A stretch of 48,340 bases of DNA from Octopus bimaculoides (taxonomy: Eukaryota), in NCBI RefSeq assembly GCF_001194135.2, contig NC_068993.1, forward strand, positions 64,930,580-64,978,919. Reading direction: 5' to 3'. The translations under genes were made by a program, and so were the position numbers. The notes under the pieces were generated by a model. It ran no database searches. It saw only the letters and a list, made by a program, of their open reading frames with translations, and had not been told where the DNA came from. Within the stretch, counting starts at the first letter, position 1, and each line of letters starts with the position of its first letter. Of this stretch, positions 22,393-35,540 are shown piece by piece.

Positions 22393-24214
22393 TATGTTTA
22401 TTAACCTGACCGGTTTCACATTTTTTTTTTAAAAGATTATCAAAAGTAAAGTGTAAGGCTTTGTGGAGCCTTTGTGGGTGCAAAAATTAGTTAACATAGA
22501 TGTATTAAATTACAGTGAAAGAGTCTTTGACAATGATAAGAAATTGTTAAGAAATAAAATCTTTGACAATGATAAGAAAATGTTAAGAGAGTTTGTGTTT
22601 AAAAAGTTTACATAAAAATGTTCAAAATAGGCAGTAAAATAAGTTCATAATTGTTTATATGTTCATCAGAAAACATATTTGTTTATAAGCATATATAGAG
22701 AAAGAATATGTAGACAGTATTTAATAGGAGAAAGTGTGTATTGCTTTATCAAAAGTTCATCAAAAATTATAATTTTTTATTAGAATTCTAGGGGGATGCC
22801 CAACCTTTTTTTTCTTCATCTCCAGTCTTGTATGTGTGTTTTGCAAGGATGGTTGCTATTTTTAGAAATAATGTGGAAGCCTCGTTGGGATAGAGCGTTC
22901 ACAAGATCTGATTTCCAATAGTTTGTGGAACCAAAAGGGTTTTTTGTTTCTGGACATGGTTCAGTGGTTTTTCGACTGGTCTTAGAATTCAAGATGGTGT
23001 GAGTGTGTGTGTGTGTGCATGTGTGCGCGTGTGTGCATGGTTCTATGTGTGTGTGTGTGTGTATGTATGCTTGTGTATGTGTGTGCTGGTTTTTGACTGG
23101 TCTTAGAGTTCAGTACGGTGTGTGTGTTTGTATGGGTCTGTGTATGTGTGTGTTTTATACTTAGCAGAGTGGTGTGTGTGTATGTATTTGTTCTTCTGTA
23201 TGTGTGTGTGTGCATGCACCTGTGTATGTTAGTGTGTGTGCTGGTCAGGGTGTTGTGTGTGCATACGTATGTGTGTGTGGGTGCATATGTATTTATGTGT
23301 GAGTGTATTGTCTTTGCCAAGGGCTGTGCGTGTCTGTGTGTTATGTTTATCAGGGTGGTGTGTGTATGTGTATATACGTACTGTGCATGCCTGTACTGGT
23401 TAGGGGTTTGTGTGTATGTATGTGGGTGAGTGTATGTGTATGTTATTTTTCCGTGTAGTGTGTGCATATGTTTGGGTGTATTTTTTGAGCATTTTATTTG
23501 CATTGTTTGTGCAGTGCGTATGTATATGTATATGTGTGGGTGTGGGTGTGTTTGTATGAGTGTGCCTTGTATTTGTCAGGATAGTGTGTGTTATTGTGTG
23601 CATGTGTGTATATATGTGCGTGCGTGTGTGTGTATGTATACACACACACATACGTGCACACACATAGCACCCTGACAAATACATATCACACACACGTGCA
23701 CACATATACATACACCAGCCTGCTGAATATAAAACACACACATACACAGACCCATACAAACACACACACACCATACTGAACTCTAAGACCAGTCAAAAAG
23801 CCACTGAACCATGATAGACTAGTCGAGAAACAAAAAAGTCCTTTTGATTCCATAAACTATCAGATCATGTGACTGCTCCTTCCCAATAACAACCATCCTT
23901 GCAAAAGAGAGAAGTTGGTCATTCCCCTAAAATTCTAATAAAAAATTATAATTTTTGATGAACTTTTGAATAAGCAATACACGCTTTCTACTATCAAATA
24001 TTGTCTACAAATTCTTTCTCTATATATGCTTATAAACAATTATGATTTCTGATGAACTTATAAACAATTATGAACTTATTTTACTTGCATATTTTGGACA
24101 CTTTTATGTAAACTGTTTAAACACAAAGCCTCTCTCAATATTTTCTTATCATTGTCAAACAATCTATCACTGTATCTTAATAACTAATTTTTAACTGGTC
24201 AAGTCAATAAACAT
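22393..24214. repeat. Foldback-like inverted repeat, ~1.8 kb, with (GT)/(CA)-rich inner arms
   Basis: 22393-~23280 aligns with the reverse complement of ~23640-24214, e.g. aaaagttcatcaaaaattataattttttattagaatt and gactggtcttagagttcagta. Confidence 0.85.
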
Positions 24215-24244
24215 CTTTAAAAGACCTTTGCATTTTCAAATACT

Positions 24245-24283
<39 letters not shown>

Positions 24284-24885
24284 NNNNNNNNNNNNNNNNN
24301 NNNNNNNNNNNNNNNNNNNNNNNNNNNNNNNNNNNNNNNNNNNNNNNNNNNNNNNNNNNNNNNNNNNNNNNNNNNNNNNNNNNNNNNNNNNNNNNNNNNN
24401 NNNNNNNNNNNNNNNNNNNNNNNNNNNNNNNNNNNNNNNNNNNNNNNNNNNNNNNNNNNNNNNNNNNNNNNNNNNNNNNNNNNNNNNNNNNNNNNNNNNN
24501 NNNNNNNNNNNNNNNNNNNNNNNNNNNNNNNNNNNNNNNNNNNNNNNNNNNNNNNNNNNNNNNNNNNNNNNNNNNNNNNNNNNNNNNNNNNNNNNNNNNN
24601 NNNNNNNNNNNNNNNNNNNNNNNNNNNNNNNNNNNNNNNNNNNNNNNNNNNNNNNNNNNNNNNNNNNNNNNNNNNNNNNNNNNNNNNNNNNNNNNNNNNN
24701 NNNNNNNNNNNNNNNNNNNNNNNNNNNNNNNNNNNNNNNNTATATATACACGGCAATGAGAAAATATATAATGTATTATGCTAGCATGGAAAACGGACGG
24801 TAAACGATGATGATGATGCATTGTTAAGAAAGTAACCACACTACTGCAATACATTGACGTTGTGAGCTATCCATTCTTATTTGTT

Positions 24886-24925
<40 letters not shown>

Positions 24926-24950
24926 TTTGAAGTGGCATACAGATATTGTA

Positions 24951-25159
24951 TACTGAGAAAAAGAAAGGGGGCAGTCAAAATTTTGGATAATCCTTTATTA
25001 ACACTTTCATTTGTTTTTCAAACACGTCAAGACAAAATCAAAATGGTAAAAATGAAACATTCTGATACCATTTTGATTTTGTCTTGATGAATTCGAAAAA
25101 CAAACAAAAGCACTAATAGAGGGTTATCCAAAATTCTGACTGCCTCTTTTTTCTCAATA
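24951..25159. mobile_element. TA-flanked hairpin MITE (~210 bp, probably Tc1/mariner type)
   Basis: Arm 24951-25048 is the reverse complement of 25066-25159 with mismatches; 17-nt loop; TA-repeat flanks. Confidence 0.8.
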
Positions 25160-25240
25160 TATATATATATACATATATATTACAGCATGGAAAACAGATA
25201 TCAGCAATTCAAAAACACACAAAACCTGTTAACTTAAACA

Positions 25241-25246
25241 TTTATT
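25241..25246 (-). terminator. Probable polyadenylation signal of TMEM184C
   Basis: AATAAA on the minus strand ~485 nt after the stop, followed ~15-35 nt later by a GU/U-rich tract (ggttttgtgtgtttttg, ~25208-25228). Confidence 0.55.
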
Positions 25247-25729
25247 AATTGCTGTCAAAAATTTCGTCACACTTACTACAACCTGGTAATTGTCACAGTT
25301 TCACAGTAGAATTCTGTCAGTTAGTACAACAAAAATTTTGACACAAATTAGTAAATGTTTAAGTGAAATAAGCAATGTTTGTGTGCTTTTAAATGGTTAA
25401 TATGTGTATTTGCTTTCCTTTTAACACACGGTCTCTAATCAAATCACTTGCCAATCAAGAACATCTCCAAAATACTCTCACACACACAAATACTTACAAA
25501 CATATAAACACAAACAAACAAAATTTGGAAGGGAGAATGTTTTCAATACTTCAGCTCAATCTCATAATGTATCATTACAAAACATGCTAATATATCACAC
25601 ACACATTCTGATACACATTATATACATGTATATACATATGTGTGTGTGTCTATAGACACACACACACACACACTCCCTCTATCTTTCTCTCTCTCTCTCA
25701 CAAATAATAATAAAAAATAAAGATGTCAG

Positions 25730-26211
25730 TTAAATGTCTACATTATTTTGTTTGTGAACATCATATTCTTTCTGATATTCTGTCTCTGAACAATCTTCAG
25801 TGTTTGTCACAATAGGATCGGAATGTTCTGTATCAAGGCCTTCAGTTGAGCCAACTGCCAAAGTTTCTGTTCTCTCATAACCTTCGAAATTTGTTGTTGC
25901 TGATGACTCGATACTAGCTTCATAGAAGTTGTTCATACTCCAATCATAAGACTGGTGCCGCTGTGAAGCAGTGAACTGTGAAGATTCAAGATCTGCAATG
26001 CTGTTAGCGTCTCCAGTGTCACTGTACACCGATTGTTGATAGTTAGATGTTCCTTGTTCACAGGATGACTGAATTTCGGCTGCCGTATGTTTGGAGTCTT
26101 TTGAAGCATTGCCAGAAGTAGACAAAGACGGAGATTTTTCTTGTAGAAGAGGCGTTCGTTCACTCTTTCTGATTGAACTAAAACCACGAAGAGTGCGACC
26201 AACACCACCAC
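25730..26211 (-). CDS. TMEM184C: TMEM184C terminal coding exon (482 nt including stop); acidic Ser/Thr-rich cytoplasmic tail
   Basis: ttttttccgcag|GT, phase 1. Reads (G)GGVGRTLRGFSSIRKSERTPLLQEKSPSL and continues into ORF 25730..26125 to the stop. VGRT-x-RG and E-x-T-x-LL resemble vertebrate TMEM184C. Confidence 0.88.
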
Positions 26212-26349
26212 CTGCGGAAAAAACATACCAAAATTATTATTGCTGTTATTTAACAGATGTTGTTCTGATTATTATTTTCATTAGGAAGGTGATGAGTTTT
26301 ATAAGAACACTGGACAAAATGCTTAGCAACATTTCTTCCAGCTTTATAG

Positions 26350-26520
26350 TCTGAGTTAAAATTCTCCCAAGACCGACTTCACTTTTCATCCTTTGGGGAA
26401 GGTTGGGAGGGGGTGGATAAAATAAGTACCAGTCATGTTCTGGGGTTGGTGTAATTAACTTTTCTCATCCGTTCAGATTTGCAAGCCTTGTGCCAAAAAT
26501 TTGAAAGAATTATTATTGAT
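26350..26520 (+). mobile_element. SINE 3' part
   Basis: ctgagttaaaattc...ttttcatcctttgggg...ataaaataagtaccag...gccttgtgccaaaa...(att)n; same family as 37560-37770. Confidence 0.6.
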
Positions 26521-27843
26521 AAGGTAATGGAATCATCAAAGCAACAGGTAAAATGCGTTACAGTATTTGTTTTTTGAAATCCAACCAAGGTCACAGGGTT
26601 TCACTCTTCATACTGTGAGTTCAAATCCCAGCTTTTCATCTTTGTGAAGTTAATTAAATGATGAATCAGGCAAATACTGAGGGTGATTTAATCAACTAAT
26701 TCCTACCTGTAAAATTTATTAGGATTTCCATCAATTAGAATCCCAATTCTTATAATAAACATTATTATGACAACCACAACTAATATAATTTTGATAATAA
26801 TATTTTTATAGCTACTACTCTAACCACTTATCTATGTAATTACTATATCAATCTATATTGATTTTTTTTTTTTATCAACAATTATCAACAATTTCCAAAA
26901 TGGAGCTGTTACAAGGTTGCAGGACCTGTTACAAAGTGTAGCCAAATCTCCTTCAAATCACATCCACCATCTCAAAGAAACAATGAGAGGATGCACTGGA
27001 TAATGTAGTCTTCTACACACTGTATTTGACAACAGCTTTGCTTCAATCACAGCCAACTTTGGAGCCACACAACAACCTCATTATTATAGTCACAATCATT
27101 ATTATTGTAGTTGTTAAAACAGTGGAGTGTATTTAATCTCATCCTTTGTATGTTCTGGCCCCAATGAACCACATTATTCATTTCATGAACAAGAAGTGAC
27201 TCATTTCATTACAAATTTTGCTACTAATTTCAAACTCTGTACAAATACCATTTTATCTTTATTTGAGCCAATTGTTGTAGTCTTTGCTCTGGCTTAATGC
27301 TATTTCAATAGACCTTTGATCGAAAGTATTCCAACCAAGGCCACCCGGTCACTTTACTGTATGTAGGGAATACAGGTAAGGTGTGATATGATTAAGATTT
27401 TGCTGCTATTTCTAGAAGACTGAGTAATCACATGGAGTTTCCCATGTTAGTTTGTATTTGAAGCAGTGGATGATAGATTTGATAAAGCAGAGAATAATAA
27501 ATGCCATGCAGTATTTAATTCTTTAGTTTCTGGGATCAAATTCAGCTGGAATTGACATTATCTTTTGCTCTTTACAGGGTTCAATGAAATAAAGACTAGA
27601 GTTCGTTTTCTCTATCATTTGTGACCTTGATCTCTATATTATAAATCATTATTTAAGGCACCATGTCTGTGAATTAAGAGGCTAACTGCTGGTTATATGG
27701 TCATGAGTTCAAACTTTACTATTACAGCCTGTGGTTTGCATTCAACAAGCAAGGTACATCATTACAACTCTACTTCTAGAATTGACTTTGAATCTAAGCA
27801 AGAAATTGACTGAAAATCCAGGCTGCAAAGGGAAGGAAAATTA

Positions 27844-28260
<417 letters not shown>

Positions 28261-30172
28261 TTATTCAACTGTGAAGCATGGTAATCTTCCAGCAATTAAC
28301 CAACTCACCTATAAAATAAGATTTCATTCTTACCACTAAACACCCAGCAGTATCAGGCCCTTTCTACTTACTAACTTGCCATTTCTTCAACTATAATGCA
28401 AGATGCTCCACAACAGTGAAGTAGGGTAACCTTCCAATAATTAAGCAGATTTATTTGATTGTTACCTGTCCAGTACCCGGAATATGCAGGATCAAGGAAT
28501 GTTACCTGCAACAGACTGAGAAGATGTCCAAAAGAAACATTTTTTCTCATCTGATTCATATGAACTGCAAATTAACAGCAGCTAAATTCCAGCACAGATA
28601 GTCTGGTGGCAATTCAAAGATTCTCTGAAGATTTTATTGGTTTTAGACAGGGATCGTGTCCAGCTTGATATTTCTGTTCATTTAATGATATGAATAGATC
28701 AATGAGAGAGCCTCTATATAGCTGTTAGACCTGCTAGAAATAGCAGCCAAATATCACTAAAATCAAATTGCTGTCTTGAAAGAAAAATGAAACATTGGAT
28801 AAACGTAATGATCACAGCTTTTGATCATATATTGCTTGATCATGAGGTAAACAACAATTAAAAACAATATTATAACAATAATTATCATTAAATTAACAAC
28901 CATCATTATCATCATCATTTAATGTCTGTTTTCATGATGATATGGGTTAGATGCTTTGACAGGATGTGACAAATGACAAGGCTATGCCAAGCTCCAGTGT
29001 CAGCTGTGGCAAAGTTTCTGTGACTGGATTCCCTTCCTAATGCCAACTATTTTTCAGTGTGTACTGGATGTTATTTTGGGGCCACCAGCAATAGTGAGGT
29101 TGCCATGTGACTTGCAAGAAAGAAAGAGAGAGAGAGAGAAAGCAAGGAAAAGCTCCTACTAATAGATGATGTGAAGTATTTGAGACAGGAAGATGGCTTT
29201 ATACCAAAGCTGTATGAGAGAGGGACAAGTATAGATGTCTTGCTACAAAGAGGAGACATGGCTACCACACATTATGTAGGGAGGAGTAGTGGTAAAGATG
29301 GCAGTGATGCAGTGCTAGGGCAATCTCAGTGGACAGGAGGTGAGTGTAAAAGAGGGAAGGAAAGAGTGAGTTCTTTCCTTAGTGTGTGATGGGGAGACTT
29401 GTCCCTCTCTCATACAGCTTTGGTTAGAGATGAGGGTAAAGGAGGTAAGGTTGATGGGAAATATCTGTATGGAGAGGGTATAAGGTGAAAGATAGAAGTG
29501 GCTTAGGAAGGATAGATCAAAAGGTAGGGGACAAGGATGATGTGCAAGGTGTGGGAAGGAGGGAAATGTAGAAGGGTAACTATAGTGAGTGGGGCATGAT
29601 GACATAGATGAGAGTAAGATGTTTAAGAGAAGAGAATGAAATGTGGCAGAGGCAAGAGAGATAACTGAAAGCACACAAAGGTGATTGGTGAAAGAGTTAT
29701 GGGGGGGGGGAGAATAACAGGGAGGAGGTACACAGAAAGAGAGAAGTGAAGTTAGGGGAATGAGATGTGGGGGGAATGGTGGAGGGGGCAGAATGGATTA
29801 CAAGCACAGCCAGAATACTCTTAGGACATCATTTTTGTTGGATAGGTCTTCTCAAACACAGAGAATCAATAATCCTGTCAGTCCTTTGTCATCTCCTCTG
29901 TAAGGCTCAGCATCTTGAGATAACCACAATATCAACAACTGCTGCAAACCGCTATCCAAACCACATCCCATTGTCTCTAAAATGAATGGAAGAAGAACAT
30001 TGGATAAAGTAGTCCCAAATACACGACATCTAAAAGAAAAAAGGTGCAGGAGAGAAATAGAAGTCTTGTAAGTGGAATATTTTTGATCCTCAGTCTATCA
30101 ACCATGTCTAACCTGGGAGCTAAAGAAGAAGAACAGTAGTATACAAAAAAGACACAATTTAAAGTACAGTAC

Positions 30173-30272
30173 CTGAAGACCACTAGCAACCATTTTTACA
30201 GAATAATATCCCCATGATGTCTTCTCAGTTATGACACCTGTTTTCACAAGGGCTGCAATAAGAACAGCTTGC
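30173..30272 (-). CDS. TMEM184C: TMEM184C coding exon (100 nt, phase 2->0)
   Basis: tattttag| ... CAG|gtactg. Encodes (W)QAVLIAALVKTGVITEKTSWGYYSVKMVASGLQ. Confidence 0.94.
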
Positions 30273-31621
30273 CTAAAATAAAGAAATAATATTAAAATTG
30301 AGGATCTTTTACTGCATTTGTACAACTCAGCCTCAAAAATTAACAAGAAAAGAAGCAGGGAGTATAATCAATTAACACGTTTGCAATATAGGTTTAAAAT
30401 TATCTGTCTCAAGCATGTATAGCCTTATTAAGTCAGAGCCTTTCCTGCTTTCTGAGATATGTGAGGGACTGAAAGCTAAACTCCTTTTATTTAGGTTTCT
30501 TTTTGTGTGTGTGTGTGTGTTGTGTTATTATCCTGCCCTATCTAGAAGCCATCATAAAGGCTGCAGCTGAGCAACAATCTTTTTAATGCATGGCATAAAA
30601 GATTGTGTGACAGCTGACCTGGCTACATCAATTCTGGAGTCATAGCCATCATCAACACACAAGACACAGCCAATGGGTCCTGGGTGGCCACCACTGACAT
30701 CAGCACAGAGAGGGAAAACTGTTCATGATATTTAGTTTTTTTATTAAGGTGGCATACACGCAGAATCGTTAGTACACTGTGCAAAATGTTAAGTGACATC
30801 TCATCTGTCTTTACATTCTGAGTTCAAATTCTGCTGGGGTGTCAGTCCAAAGTAGTGGTCAGATCATGTAGCCCTGTGGTTGGGTCAGACTAGCATGTTA
30901 TTGACAAGATTTGTAAAAAGAAGTTGACAGTGTACATGTTGTAGAAGTTTCTTAATACAAAATTTGTGTAAGAAATTCAAAGAGATTTTGGATTAGGGTG
31001 ATTAAAAGAGTGAGGGTTAAATAAATGTTGCAGATAGTGCTATGGATGACTTTATGTACCAAACAATGTTTAACGAAATTTAATTAATTACCATGTTTCT
31101 TTAAAGATTGAATTATTTTTCTTATAGTCCCAAATTTAGTCTAGTCAATTCATAGGAATAAAAGAGGATTGAGATTTACCTAAAGCATTGCAATATGTAC
31201 AAATAAGATGCTTGCAAAAAACTTTTGAGTAATGCAGGTAAAAGTAGTTAATTGAAATATGTAAAGGTGATGTCAATGAATAAAAGCAAATAAAAAAGAT
31301 ACTGTGTTAATTTACAGAGGCTATTTAATGATTCTAAAATAATTCCTCTTTTCAAACAGACGACAAAAAATAATCAGACTCCAGAGAAAAGGGTCATTAT
31401 CAAGAGACCATTTTAGTGTGATAAAGCTAAGGCATTTTTGGAACTAGTTTATGCACTAAGAATATAATTGTGACTGAGTAAAGCAAGTAGTATCAGCTGC
31501 TGCTTATACTCTTTACCTCAACCAACCACGTAGTAGATTGAACCCAAGACCACATGGTTAGGAAGTGAAATGTTTAACTAAACAGCTAAGCCTATAGGCA
31601 TGTGCAAGCATGCACATACAT

Positions 31622-31663
<42 letters not shown>

Positions 31664-31965
31664 GCATAATTTTATAATTGGGAGATAGAGATATGGATAC
31701 ATAATAAGAAAATGCCTTTCACATTGCATTATTTAATTCTATAGTACATTATTAGAATTAAATAAAATGCTTGTAATCATATATTTCGGATATGAAATAA
31801 TAGTTGGGAATATATAATAATTTTATTGTGGTAATCTGTTTTTGAATCTAAATTGTATTCTGAATAATGTACTTTAGAAGTAATTAACTATACGAAAAGG
31901 AATAACCCATTTTCTGTTGTTTTTTAGTTCTCCATGTGTGTGTATGTGTGTACATGTAAAACTTA

Positions 31966-32169
<204 letters not shown>

Positions 32170-34585
32170 CTATATTAACAACAAGGGTTTACATTAAGAA
32201 AAAACATTAAGGACAAAATACAGGACAAAACAAAGAATGTGTGTGTGGATGTGTGTTGTTGTGAGGGTTTTACATGTAAACAAGACTAACAAAATAAAAA
32301 AAAATAGAAAATGGAAATCAACAATGTGTAATCTTCAATAAGGAAAAGACGTTCAAGGGTTGCTTATGGAAAAACCCCATAAAAAACCATGGGTACCCTG
32401 AATTTCTGGGCAGGTGCCTTTTTTCCAACAGGTATATGCTCAGGGCAGGCCATTCTCGCCACTTTCATCCACCTTTCAACAAACTGGCTAGAAAACAACA
32501 CTTCTCTCTCTCGACCCTTGTTTTCCTTTTCAAGCGAAACTTGAAGAAGTTCATCAGGGATTGGCCAAAGAGAAAAGTATTTGTCTTCAATCTCATCCAT
32601 CATACAACCTCTTTCACCATGGCCACCAGGCATATAAACATAGCCTTTCCTTCCCAGTTAAAGGAAGGTGGCAGGGTGACCTTCATGATGGATTCAGTTG
32701 ACAGCCAGATCTGTCCTACACGGCAAATGTTTGACACAAACCCACAGGTCAGCAATGCTCAAACACTGAACAAGTGCATGCAGGACCATATCATCATCTT
32801 GCATGCCTCTTGGACATGCTGGGCTGATGGCACCTTCCATGCCTGTAAGTTTGTCTCAGACAAGCAAAGCCCCTTGCAGCACTGCCAGGCGAGAGATCCT
32901 GAAAATCATCCATTGGTCCTAGGCCAAAAGTTCTCCAGAAAAGAGTAGCGGACTGATCTTCTTCAATGCCCAAGGTATCCCCAAGAATATCGTCACACTT
33001 TTCCTCCGCTAATCCACTATTAAAAGCTAAAGTGGACATTCCACCTATCACACTGTCCAATTAGCTGATGGCTATGAGCGTTTGAAAACATTCCACTTTC
33101 CAAATGCTCTCCCTCGGTCTCTGTTTTACCCAGGATGGCAGCTCCGTTAAAGAAACTAGCTGTGGAAATATGTGTCTGGCGAACAATGACCACACCTATT
33201 CACCACCAAGGAAGCACTGGAGATGTCATAGCCTCAGTGCATATCTGCACATCATCAACCATGGCATTCCTAGGCCATCATACAGCAGGTCCTGATATCA
33301 GATAGACTGTCTGAGCATCCAGACATCTCCCTTCCACAAGAAGTTGAAAAGTATACACTCCAGCATAATCAGACAGTGGCCAGGACAAGGCATGACAGTC
33401 AAATGACAGTAGATAAAAAGACGCAATATATTTGTTAGCCATCTCTGCTCAAACTTTCAAGGATAGCTTTCTCTCGGCTCATTTCTGGGTGAGAGTAGTC
33501 ACCCTGCTCCTTACCTCATCCCAGTTTTCCTTCATCTGGAGATTTGGACCAAACCAGACCCCCAAGCAATTTAACTGGTTCATCTGTCCAGTGCCCAACA
33601 ATGCAGTTGGACGGCATGGACTTGCTTCTCCAGGTGCCAAGCCACAAAAGCCCACTGATGTTTTCCTGGTTAATTGTCACTCCTGAAACTGCCTTGTAGT
33701 CCCTGAGAATGTTGCTGGTCATTTCTGTGTTTTATGATCCAACACCACTATGGTGGGTGATGTTGTCGGCATATGTCGACATGCATCTCCCATATCGTAG
33801 GTCAAGCGGGATGCCTCTAAATGCCTCCAGTTTGTGTAGTAATGGCTCATCATAAGTCAGTACATACAAGAGAGACAAGAGGGGCGCAACTCTGCCAGAC
33901 CGAGCACATGATGTTGAACAGTTCTGAGAGGTAATCGTTCACATTGACCACTGAACAGATGTCGCCATGCATTGCAACAATCCAGCCCCTGAACACAGGC
34001 CTGAAACCAGCTGCCTTGAGGACCACTGCCACGTATAAATGGTCAACCCTATCGAAAGCTTTAGACTGATCTAAATTTGGCCAGGGCTACACCCGTGTCA
34101 GGTTCTTTAGCCACTTTCTCAATGAAGTATTGCATGAGGTGGAGGTTGTTGTGAGTAGATCTTTTTAGGGTGACACATGTCTGTGCCTCTCCTACCAGAT
34201 TCCTGACAAGCACCAACCTCATAGCTAACACCTTGGCCAAAATTCTGAACACTGTATTCAGCAGAGTTATGGGCCTAAAGTTGTCAATACAATCCCCCTT
34301 GTTTGGGTCTTTTCTCCGCAATGCTACCACTCCTTGGCTCACAAAACTGGGAATTCTCTCATTCTGTTGCCAGTTGCAGTAAACATTTGCTAAGAAGTCA
34401 CCGAACAAGTCTAGCATGTAAGCATAAAGCTTGTAGGGCAGACCATCTAAACCAGGTGATTTACTCCTTGTGCAGCGAGCCATTGCTTCTTGTATTTGAA
34501 AGGCTGTTATCAGCCTTTTGCAGCGCTCTGCTTCCATCGACTAGAGCTGCAGCAGCCCATCAAGGTAGGATGTGAAATCCATCCT
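32170..34585 (-). mobile_element. 5'-truncated Tx1/L1-clade LINE (RT to 3' UTR), heavily decayed
   Basis: RT motifs KSPGLDGLPY, FRPITLLNT and SKAFDRVDH, followed by the WRSKSMPSN / KLSLKV region and the C-terminus homologous to 8090-8509. Ends aatatagaaatc(att)n. Confidence 0.9.
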
Positions 34586-34586
34586 G

Positions 34587-35540
34587 CAACCTAGCTCACC
34601 ACTGCTCCCAAACAGTGGATATCTTCACCAATGCTTACACTCGGTTTGGCTCAAAAGTCAATATCAAAAAGACAAAAGCCCTGGCACAACCCATTCTAAG
34701 TCAGGAAACTCCAGACTCAACATAACCATCACAGAGACACCACTGGAGAAAGTTGACCACTTTTCAAACTTAGGAAATTTGATTCCAAACAAGTGCACAT
34801 TGGAAAAGGATGTAGAGAAATGATTAAGAGCATCTCACACCACATCTGGTGAACTCGTGAAAAGAGTCTTTAAGAACAAAGATCTGAACCACCAAACAAA
34901 ATTGAGTGTCTATCAATCAGTCATGATCTCCACTCTCCTCTGCAGTTGTGAAACCTGGACTCTTTACTGAAGTGATGTCAAAAAACTAGAGCAATTTCAC
35001 CAACTGAAGCTCCACTCTATTATGGACATCAAATGGAATGATTATGTGACCAGTGTCTCCATTTTGGAGAGAATGAAAAGCAGCAGGATGAAGGCTACCA
35101 TGCTGAATCAGCATCTGAGGTAGGCAGGCCAAGTAGCGAGAATCAAAAAAACCAGGCTGCCTTGTCAAATTTTATATGGTGAACATTCCCCCAGAAGGAG
35201 ATTCTGTGACTGTCCCCTCCATCAATACAAGGACACGCTGAAACAAAGTCTAAAACTGACTGGAATCGATCCCAAAGCCTGGGACATTGAAGCTCAGGCT
35301 CGGCTGGCATCCTTCCATTTCCACTGTTACAGATCGGTTTGAAGCTGAACGACAGAAGAAAGAAGAAGAGAAATGACAAGAAAGAAAATGGAGGCTGCAA
35401 CAACGAAAGCCTCCACCACAGATCCCTAGGGAACTTTGCAAAGGATACTTCCATGCAAGGATTGGCCTCTTTAGTCATGAGAGGCATAAACATGGACAGA
35501 GGGGAATGAGCAGTGAAGAAGAAACCAAATAAAGTATCAG
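34587..35540 (+). mobile_element. 5'-truncated RTE (BovB-like) LINE, RT C-terminal half
   Basis: Manual translation gives FGSKVNIKKTKAL, KVDHFSNLG, TKLSVYQSV...CETWTLY, KLEQFHQ...IKWNDYV and TRLPCQILYGE, with stops and frameshifts. Confidence 0.85.

Noticed and set aside
28280-28292. 13-nt match (ggtaatcttccag) to the MULE TIR at 5168
   Set aside because: The similarity does not extend and there is no partner TIR or TSD; treated as coincidence.
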